Below, one piece after another: positions 18,193-25,823 of a stretch of DNA of 64,000 bases. The position numbers and the translations under genes are program-made. Within the stretch, counting starts at the first letter, position 1. Every line of letters begins with the position of its first letter. The notes under the pieces were generated by a model that made no database searches, had not been told where the DNA came from, and worked only from the letters and a program-made list of their open reading frames with translations. Source of the stretch: Chitinophagales bacterium (lineage in GTDB: Bacteria; Bacteroidota; Bacteroidia; Chitinophagales; JADIYW01); NCBI GenBank assembly GCA_035515235.1, contig DATJBS010000012.1:25336-89335 (forward strand). Direction: 5' to 3'.

Positions 18193-20343
18193 TTATAATG
18201 TGATTACTTGTGAGTTAATTGTTTTCAAGTTGTTTGCATCAAAAGGTCTTTCTAACTTAACCCAAAACGCCTTGTCTCTTCTAACATTCTCAAATTCTTT
18301 TTTGATAGAAAGCGTTTTTGTTGCTTTGTCTGTGTGCAGAAAATCTTTGATAAGAAGAATTTTTTGATTTTCGGTTTCAAAAATCAGGTTCAAAAATTGA
18401 GCTGTTTTGTTTTCTCCAAACGATGAAGTCGGAGCATCAAAAATCATTGGAAAATTTTCTTCTTTAATTTCTGATGCCAATTCAGAAATTGCAAATAAGA
18501 TTGAAATGTGCATTGAGGTTAATAATGATTGGTTTGGTTTATAGAAAGTCCTGCCATCTTCTTGCAATTCTACTTCTACTATTGTCCGATTTACTTTGTT
18601 TCTTCTAGTAAATACAATTGTTCCTGTGAAAGCATCAATATTGATTGTCTTGAAAAAGTTGTTTGATTTTGTTTGAAGCTTCTCAATAAATTCATCAAAT
18701 TTCTTCTCCTTAGTATCTTTAAAAATAGTTTCAATGTCACGTAAAATGTTTCTTGTCTTTATCAAAAAAGAATTGGCTGAACTCGTGTCAATCTTATCTT
18801 TTTCTTCCTTTTTTGCTTTTAACTCAGATTCAAGACTTTTCAATTTTGTTGTATAGTCCACTTGGTCTTGATTCCGATTTTTAAGGTCTCTTTGCCAAGC
18901 ATTGTAATTTTTTAGTACATCACTTAATTTCTCAGCACCAATACTCGAATTACCCAATATTTTCTCTCTTTCAGACTTCTCTTTTTCTAATTGTTCGTTG
19001 AGTTCTTCAATGTCTTTTTTTCGGTCATCATTAAATTCAAAAAGTTCTTTAATTTTAGTTCTTATTAATCTAAGATTTTTAAGGTTATCTTCGTGACTAA
19101 TACTCAAATTATCAAGTCTGTTTGTATAATCGTATTTGAAAAGAGGCTCATCTTTATCGGTTTCATTTTCTTCTGTAACTTGACTTTCTAAATACGTTTT
19201 TAGTCTTTTCATCATAAATTCGTAAGCCTCTGATCCTTTTTTAGCTTCACGATTGCACACTTTGCAAATTTCATCATTTAGCATTTCTTCCATAATAGCT
19301 TTTGAAGGAATGTTATTAGGAAGCGGAATAGCATTATTTAATAATTCTGCTTTGGCTTTTTTTTCTCCCTCTATAATGCCTTTTTGTTTGTCAAATTCTG
19401 ATTGCAATTCTCTTCGTGTTTTACTGTGTGCTGACACTTTTTCTGCAAACTCCTTATGTAAGGGCTCAAAATTGACTAGAATCCAATTTTCGTCAAATAG
19501 TGAAGTAGTGTAGTTTTCATCTATTCTGCCTGCTAAATATGAAATTCTTTCTTCAATGTCCTTAATTCGCTTGTTAAGCGTTTCTAAAGCATCTGCGTTG
19601 CTAACGTGACTTTCTGCTAATTGTAAATTGCCTTCTATTTTTCTGATTTCTTCTTCCGTGGAATTCAAATGAACAAGATACTTTGCTTTCTCTCTCTCCA
19701 AATAAATAATATCCCCTTCAAGCTTTTTATAAAGTGCTTCATTCTTTTTATCAAGCTTTGAAGAATCTTCTACTGCTTTTTCTGCTTTCTCTCGTAAAAA
19801 AGCTCCCTTTTCAGAATATTTATCGTAATGCTTCGCCTCCGAAAATAGATTTATAAGGTTTGCTAATGCACTATCACTTTCAAAAATATTAAGTTCCGCT
19901 TCACCCTTGAACATTGAATATTTCCGAATCTGAAAAGGGAATATTCTGTCCAAAAGAGCTTGACCATCAACCTGTGTTCTTTCACCCGAACTATTTTCAG
20001 AAATGCCTTCAATCATAAAACTTGAAGTCGAACATTCATTTGCTTTTTCTTTTTTTGCGAGGAAAGATTTTGTGATGATACTTTTCTCTCCATATTGTTC
20101 TACAGTCATTGAAACCCTTACACGAAAACTATCACCAATTTCCGTTTCATTCAGTTTTTTGGCAGACACTAGCATATCTAATTCTCGATTCTCTCCATTG
20201 AAAAGCCAATCTACTGATTCAAAGAATTTTGTTTTTCCTTCTCCATTTTCTCCAAGGATAATGTTTAAACCTTCCGATAATTCAAAAGTGTTGGTATCGT
20301 AATAACAGAGGTAATTGTCGATTTGTATTTTTCTGATTATCAT
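18193..20343 (-). CDS. SMC/DndD/Rad50-like coiled-coil ABC ATPase
   Basis: 716 aa. N-terminal head with Walker A GENGEGKTK, a long K/E-rich heptad middle, and a C-terminal Walker-B-like PMIFDAPTSSFGENK. 4-nt overlap with the upstream 76-aa gene. Confidence 0.75.
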   Translation of the reverse strand: MIIRKIQIDNYLCYYDTNTFELSEGLNIILGENGEGKTKFFESVDWLFNGENRELDMLVSAKKLNETEIGDSFRVRVSMTVEQYGEKSIITKSFLAKKEKANECSTSSFMIEGISENSSGERTQVDGQALLDRIFPFQIRKYSMFKGEAELNIFESDSALANLINLFSEAKHYDKYSEKGAFLREKAEKAVEDSSKLDKKNEALYKKLEGDIIYLEREKAKYLVHLNSTEEEIRKIEGNLQLAESHVSNADALETLNKRIKDIEERISYLAGRIDENYTTSLFDENWILVNFEPLHKEFAEKVSAHSKTRRELQSEFDKQKGIIEGEKKAKAELLNNAIPLPNNIPSKAIMEEMLNDEICKVCNREAKKGSEAYEFMMKRLKTYLESQVTEENETDKDEPLFKYDYTNRLDNLSISHEDNLKNLRLIRTKIKELFEFNDDRKKDIEELNEQLEKEKSEREKILGNSSIGAEKLSDVLKNYNAWQRDLKNRNQDQVDYTTKLKSLESELKAKKEEKDKIDTSSANSFLIKTRNILRDIETIFKDTKEKKFDEFIEKLQTKSNNFFKTINIDAFTGTIVFTRRNKVNRTIVEVELQEDGRTFYKPNQSLLTSMHISILFAISELASEIKEENFPMIFDAPTSSFGENKTAQFLNLIFETENQKILLIKDFLHTDKATKTLSIKKEFENVRRDKAFWVKLERPFDANNLKTINSQVITL

Positions 20344-20570
20344 AAAGCCTCATTTAAAAATTGAGTAACTTGGTTTCGCAATACCGAATCCGTAACTGTT
20401 GAAGTGCCGTCCAATCCTTCTACTATCAAAGCAATTGCTTTAATTATTGGCTTGTCAGAATTAAGAGCTTCTCTAATTGTAGAAGGCAATTCTTCTTTAT
20501 TGAATTCATACTTGTTTTCAAGTAGCTCGTGGGTTAAAAAACTTTTGAGTATATCGTCTTTTCTTGCCAT
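20340..20570 (-). CDS. Hypothetical 76-aa protein
   Basis: Small ORF wedged between the helicase gene (10-nt gap) and the ATPase gene (4-nt overlap). No motif recognised. Confidence 0.5.
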   Translation of the reverse strand: MARKDDILKSFLTHELLENKYEFNKEELPSTIREALNSDKPIIKAIALIVEGLDGTSTVTDSVLRNQVTQFLNEAL

Positions 20571-20580
20571 AAGAATAATT

Positions 20581-22785
20581 TTATAAATCGTTAAGGTTTA
20601 GGTTGTAGTAGTCCAATATGCTTTTCAGCTTTTCGTAAGTGTCGGTCTTGTTCATTGCCAGATTAGCAAAGTCAACCACTCGTTCAAGTTCTTTTTTTAC
20701 TAGCCCTTTTTCCATTTCAAAAGTGCTTTCATCTGAAACTTCCGGCACAACTACTAAATCGTGAATGGTTGCGTGAATTTTATCTTTATGCAATCGCAAA
20801 ACTCTGCCTCTTCTTTGGATAAATTGTCTTGGATTACCAGTACTCGCACAAAATATTGCTAGTTCGGAACGTGGAACATCAACACCTTCATCCAAACATT
20901 TCATTGAAGTTAAAACGTGAATATTACTTTGTTCAAAGTTTCTTAAAATTTCCTCTCGGTTGCTTGAATTTGCAGTAAATTGTTTCACCATTACAGAATC
21001 ATCTGTTTGGCTAACTGCCTTGGTATATTCGTTAATCAACCTATTTTCATCTTCGGTTTCAACACTAAAATCTGTTTCATCAAAATTTGCTTCTATGCCC
21101 TCTGGAACATAAATCAATGTATATTTCAGGTTCTTTCGTTTATCAAATTCACTTCTGAGAATCGCTTTGAAAGCTTCTAATTTATTGGCTGCTTTGTGAA
21201 TAATTCGTTTTCTTTCAAGGAGTTTCTTTTCAATTTCAGGAGTACTTCTAAAATTTCCTGTTTCTTTGTCAAATAAGCCCATTCGCAACAGTTGAAGAGA
21301 AAGTTCCTTGTACTTCTCCATTTCTGGGTCTGTTAGCTTTACTATATGCGGATAGTAAGTGTAATTACAAAGCCATCCAATTTTTAAGGCTTCCTCCATT
21401 GAATAGGAAACAATGTATGGCGGCTCATCATTGAAAAACTCTTGAATGGCTTGATTTCCTACTTCGTCAAATTTTCTATGCGGAGTTGCAGATAATCCAA
21501 TTCGTTTTTCAAGATGGATGTTTGGTAGCAATCTTAAAAGTCCTTGAGAACCCAAATTGTGCGTTTCATCTGAAATTAAAATGGTGTCTTTAGGCAGTTG
21601 AGTAAAGTAACTTTGAAACTTTGGTCTTGGCAAAGAAGCATAAGTAACAATGACGATGTAAGAAGTATCAATCAGTTTTGAGGCAGTATTGAAAAATGCT
21701 AGGTTTTTATCCCAATTTTCTTTTGAACTGACGGTAATGATGTTTTTAAAATTGAAATTAGCACATTCTTTTTTCCATTGTTCAACTAAAGCTGTTGTTG
21801 GAACGGTTATAATGGCTCTGTAAATTCCAGTTTTCTTGTATTCATTTAGCAAACAGTTGAGCGAAGTAATCGTTTTACCAGTGCCAGTTGCCATTGCAAA
21901 CATTCCTTTGTAGTTGTTCGCAACCCAGTTTTCGTAAGCTTTTATCTGATAAGGGCGAGGTTTACCACCTTTGGGAAATCTTGGTGTTCTTCTAATGATT
22001 TCAATTTCACTAAAAAGTTTCGTGATTGTTTTTTTCAGTTTGGGGTTTGAAATCAAACTCTGTTTCTTTTTGAGAAGTTGTTCTTCCTGAACAAGTAATT
22101 CATTGATGTCTTTCTTTCCAAATCTATCTTTGAGAACAACTTCAATGTCACTAACAGGGATATATTCAACATCTTCATCTTTTTCAGCGAAATAGTCATC
22201 AATGAGTTTAAGTTGCTTTTTAATCAGTTTGTTTGACCTGCCATTTTCCCAGCTCAAAAAAGCTTCCAGTTGTTCTATGTTTTCAGAAAGACCATAGTAG
22301 GTAAAGTTGCAAGATGCTTGATAGCCAACAGCATCTTGACCATCACTAAAAACGCCTGATTTGTAATGGGCTATTCCTTTTCCGTTTTTGGGTTTGATAA
22401 CCTTTATTTCAATGCGTTTTTCAGCTATTAAATATGCCAAACATTCAAAAAAGTGTGTATCGTATTCATCAAGTACTCTTCCTAGCGAAACAATATCCGT
22501 TAAATCAAATACTCTTATTTCATTTGGATTATCTTCTACTCGGGAAATTGCTTCTTTATCCTTTGCCGAAAGCAAATGATTGATAACCATTTTCATTTTC
22601 CCGCCTTTACTGATAAAAGTGGCAAAGCCAACAGAAAGCAGATTTATAGCGGAAGAACTGAAATAACCTAACAATAAACTAAATTCATTGCTATTGGCTA
22701 ATCCGTCCAAATAGAATTGCAAGGGTTCGTTTTCTGAACCCGTTTTATAATCTCTATCTATTGACCAATCGCAATCTTTAAGCAT
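20581..22785 (-). CDS. PLD-like nuclease domain fused to an SF2 (Res/DEAH-type) helicase
   Basis: 734 aa. N-terminal HKD-like block GIAHYKSGVFSDG...ASCNFTYYGLSENIE. Helicase motifs: I MATGTGKT, II DETH, III SATP, VI QRRGRVLR. 8-nt overlap with the desulfurase gene. Confidence 0.8.
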   Translation of the reverse strand: MLKDCDWSIDRDYKTGSENEPLQFYLDGLANSNEFSLLLGYFSSSAINLLSVGFATFISKGGKMKMVINHLLSAKDKEAISRVEDNPNEIRVFDLTDIVSLGRVLDEYDTHFFECLAYLIAEKRIEIKVIKPKNGKGIAHYKSGVFSDGQDAVGYQASCNFTYYGLSENIEQLEAFLSWENGRSNKLIKKQLKLIDDYFAEKDEDVEYIPVSDIEVVLKDRFGKKDINELLVQEEQLLKKKQSLISNPKLKKTITKLFSEIEIIRRTPRFPKGGKPRPYQIKAYENWVANNYKGMFAMATGTGKTITSLNCLLNEYKKTGIYRAIITVPTTALVEQWKKECANFNFKNIITVSSKENWDKNLAFFNTASKLIDTSYIVIVTYASLPRPKFQSYFTQLPKDTILISDETHNLGSQGLLRLLPNIHLEKRIGLSATPHRKFDEVGNQAIQEFFNDEPPYIVSYSMEEALKIGWLCNYTYYPHIVKLTDPEMEKYKELSLQLLRMGLFDKETGNFRSTPEIEKKLLERKRIIHKAANKLEAFKAILRSEFDKRKNLKYTLIYVPEGIEANFDETDFSVETEDENRLINEYTKAVSQTDDSVMVKQFTANSSNREEILRNFEQSNIHVLTSMKCLDEGVDVPRSELAIFCASTGNPRQFIQRRGRVLRLHKDKIHATIHDLVVVPEVSDESTFEMEKGLVKKELERVVDFANLAMNKTDTYEKLKSILDYYNLNLNDL

Positions 22786-23926
22786 ATTTAAAATTTGGTT
22801 GTGTTAGTTCTTTGATTTTGCTAATCACTGTTTCTATGTCTTCAATTGAGTTGTATTTTCCTAAGGAAAACCGTAAAGATGCAAACGCATCACCATCACA
22901 TAAACCCATTGCTTTCAAAACGTGTGAGGGTTCAATTACTGCTGAAGAACAAGCAGAACCATTGGAAACTGCAATATTTTTCATTCTGCCAATCAAAACA
23001 TTGGCATCCTGTCCTTTGAAACAAATGTTGGTGGTGTTGAAAATTCTGTTTTCTGAATCACCATTTAGTGAAGTATTTTGCAGTTTTAAAAATTCAGTTT
23101 CGAGTTTGTCTTTTAGTTCAGAAATGTTCCTTTTATTCAAATCCATTTCTTCACTAGCTATTTCACAAGCCTTTGCTAAGGCAATAATTCCAGGTACATT
23201 GAGTGTGCCGCTTCTCAAACCTTGTTCGTGACCGCCTCCGTGAATTTGTGGGGAGAGTTTTGTTTTATTTCTTACATACAAGGCTCCGATTCCTTTTGGG
23301 GCATACATTTTATGACCACTAAAACAAAGTAAATCAATACATAAATCATTAACATCAATTTCAATTTTACCAACTGCTTGAGTGGCATCTGTCATAAACA
23401 AAGCTCCTTTTTCGTGAGCTAGTTTAGCAATTTCTTTGATGGGTTGAATTACTCCAGTTTCGTTATTGATATACATAACGGAAACTAAAACAGTATCAGG
23501 TCGAATGGCTTTTTGAAGTTCTGCTAAATCAATCAATCCATTAGGTTGAACTGTTAAATAAGTAACTTCAAAACCTTTTCTTTCTAAGTCTTTGCAAGTG
23601 TCTAAAACCGCTTTGTGTTCGGTTGAAATGGTGATGATGTGTTTTCCTATATTAGAATAGCTTTCTGCAACACCTTTTATGGCAATATTGATCGCTTCTG
23701 TTGCTCCACTTGTAAAAATCAGTTCATTCGGTTCTGCATAGATAAAATCAGCTATTTGCTCTCGGGCTTGTTTTACTTTTTCATTGATGTTTTGACCAAA
23801 ATGGTGGGAACTGCTTGCATTGGCAAAGTTGTCCTTTAAAAAAGGCAACATAGCTTCAAGCACCCTTGGATCGATGGGGGTGGTGGAATTGTAGTCGAGA
23901 TATGATATGTTTCGAAATTTATTCAT
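22778..23926 (-). CDS. sspA: IscS/NifS-type (group I) cysteine desulfurase, SspA/DndA-like by context
   Basis: 382 aa. PLP-Lys FSGHKMYAPKGIGALY and catalytic loop SNGSACSS...EPSHVL. Embedded in the phosphorothioation-type operon. Confidence 0.7.
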   Translation of the reverse strand: MNKFRNISYLDYNSTTPIDPRVLEAMLPFLKDNFANASSSHHFGQNINEKVKQAREQIADFIYAEPNELIFTSGATEAINIAIKGVAESYSNIGKHIITISTEHKAVLDTCKDLERKGFEVTYLTVQPNGLIDLAELQKAIRPDTVLVSVMYINNETGVIQPIKEIAKLAHEKGALFMTDATQAVGKIEIDVNDLCIDLLCFSGHKMYAPKGIGALYVRNKTKLSPQIHGGGHEQGLRSGTLNVPGIIALAKACEIASEEMDLNKRNISELKDKLETEFLKLQNTSLNGDSENRIFNTTNICFKGQDANVLIGRMKNIAVSNGSACSSAVIEPSHVLKAMGLCDGDAFASLRFSLGKYNSIEDIETVISKIKELTQPNFKYA

Positions 23927-23934
23927 TCAAAAAT

Positions 23935-24675
23935 CTATGCTTTGTGTATGTGAGGATTAAGATTGAAAGGCTCAAATCCTTGTTCAAAAGTTGTATCAGG
24001 TAAACTATTCCAGACTGACGATAATACTAAATAATATGGTTTCCAAAGTCTTTGTTGTGAGTTGAAAACTATTTCTTTATACCTTGAGTCTTCAATAAGT
24101 TTATATACTTTTTCTGATGGAAAATAATTTTGTAAAATAAAATCAATACCCAATATTACATCCATTGGAGGATAAGCAATTCGCGGGGTAGGAAGAATTA
24201 ACGCTGAACCAAAACTGTCTACACCTTTTTGCTCCAACTTATTTCCCCCAAAAGTTAAATGATATTCGGGATGGATATAGGTGTAATTAGGACTTTTAAT
24301 ATTTTTATCTAAATGCCAAGAGGCATAAAAAACATCAATTTTGTCAGGTAAATCACGGTATCCTTCTAATTCAATGTCAAAACTTAAATCCCTTAAAGGG
24401 TTACATACATTATTTAGATCATTTTGAAAAATACCAGCAAGTGAAATATTGAAAACTATGTCAATTAAATTTACTTTTTGAGGTATTGAACCTGCGACAC
24501 AACCTTCAATAGAAAACTTCAAACTACCACATTCATAATTCCATTCTGAAATATTTTGAGAGCATTGTAACTTTGCAGAAGCATCAAACAAGCTTTTGGC
24601 ATCTTGTATAATATTGTTGGAAGTTAGCAATACAGCAAAATCAAAAATATCTATAGCTAGTATTTGACAATTCAT
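23935..24675 (-). CDS. Hypothetical 246-aa protein (third gene of the kinase/REC triad)
   Basis: ORF starts 2 nt after the REC-like gene and ends 8 nt before the desulfurase gene. No recognised family. His/aromatic-rich patch WHLDKNIKSPNYTYIHPEYHLTFGG. Confidence 0.6.
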   Translation of the reverse strand: MNCQILAIDIFDFAVLLTSNNIIQDAKSLFDASAKLQCSQNISEWNYECGSLKFSIEGCVAGSIPQKVNLIDIVFNISLAGIFQNDLNNVCNPLRDLSFDIELEGYRDLPDKIDVFYASWHLDKNIKSPNYTYIHPEYHLTFGGNKLEQKGVDSFGSALILPTPRIAYPPMDVILGIDFILQNYFPSEKVYKLIEDSRYKEIVFNSQQRLWKPYYLVLSSVWNSLPDTTFEQGFEPFNLNPHIHKA

Positions 24676-24677
24676 TT

Positions 24678-25823
24678 TTATGGTCTTACGTTAGGGTATT
24701 GTTTTTGTAATATTTCTAGTTTGTATTCCTCAGACGGAGATAACTTTTTCCACTTATCTTTGCCTTTTGGTTTCAAGGCTTCTTCATAACAAACATATTT
24801 TTTGTCCTGCCACGGGTAATAGTTGTCTTGGCCATCAACTAACAATCCATCAACTGTATCAATAGAAACACCAGAACCAACGCATTTAGTCCAAAAAGCT
24901 TCACTTTTCGCCTTTTCATTTTTCTCTATTGGTACTAATCCGGGTAATTCTAACTTCTCCTTCAAAAGATCTACTTTCTGACTTGCAGTTGTAGCTCTTA
25001 AACTATTTTTTAATTCTAACTCCGTTCTCCACCAATGTTCAATTCCACTCATCCACCATCTCTCCCATCCTTCACTAAAAACACCACGATATTGGTATTT
25101 CTTTAAATTCTCTAAAACATTTTTCCAATCACTTGATTTAAAAATATCAATGCCAAGTCGAGTTGCTAGTATTTCTTCGGTAATTAAAATTCCCGAAACT
25201 GGGATATTTGATTTGTCAAGAAGATTTTTGATAATAAAGTTCGAAACTGTATGTGTAGGATATCCTATAACTGCTCTCATTTCACTTATAAAACGATTAT
25301 TCTCTAATTCCAAATTATATTTATATAATTCAATAAGGTTGTTATCATCATTTTTACATTTTGAAATTAGCTCATAACCGATTGAAAGACTTATCAGTTT
25401 CTGTCTCAACGGAGCAAATAGAATTGGGTCGTTAAGCCATTCTCTTGGAACTATTAGGTCAAATAAATCTTCATTTGTTCGATCAAAATACTTTTCAAGG
25501 TTCACAGTGGCAGACAATAAAACAATTGGAATTTCTTTTAATCTCCCTGCTTTTGATAAATTTCTATACTCTTGTGCCAATGAAGATCCTTTATAATGAG
25601 ATGTTTCCTTATCTTTATTTGGCATTTCTTCAAGATTTAAATCAAGAATCAACCCTTCGTAACTTTTAAATTCATCTGATAATATTCTTTCACGTTCTTT
25701 CTCCCAATCTCCTTTAGGATTATCAAAATCAATTGAAAGCACTCCTTCTTTTTGAAGGCCTGTAATAATACCCTTTGCATTGAGCTCACTATTATCGTCT
25801 ATATATAAATATTTACAAGTCAT
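24678..25823 (-). CDS. REC-like (receiver) domain protein with unknown Trp-rich C-terminal domain
   Basis: 381 aa. The N-terminal ~125 aa fit a receiver layout: YLYIDDN (acidic pair D9/D10), GLILDLNLEEMP (D61 at the phospho-acceptor position), IPIVLLSA (S104). The C-terminal ~250 aa are unassigned (GWERWWMSGIEHWW). 11-nt overlap with the kinase-like gene. Confidence 0.6.
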   Translation of the reverse strand: MTCKYLYIDDNSELNAKGIITGLQKEGVLSIDFDNPKGDWEKERERILSDEFKSYEGLILDLNLEEMPNKDKETSHYKGSSLAQEYRNLSKAGRLKEIPIVLLSATVNLEKYFDRTNEDLFDLIVPREWLNDPILFAPLRQKLISLSIGYELISKCKNDDNNLIELYKYNLELENNRFISEMRAVIGYPTHTVSNFIIKNLLDKSNIPVSGILITEEILATRLGIDIFKSSDWKNVLENLKKYQYRGVFSEGWERWWMSGIEHWWRTELELKNSLRATTASQKVDLLKEKLELPGLVPIEKNEKAKSEAFWTKCVGSGVSIDTVDGLLVDGQDNYYPWQDKKYVCYEEALKPKGKDKWKKLSPSEEYKLEILQKQYPNVRP

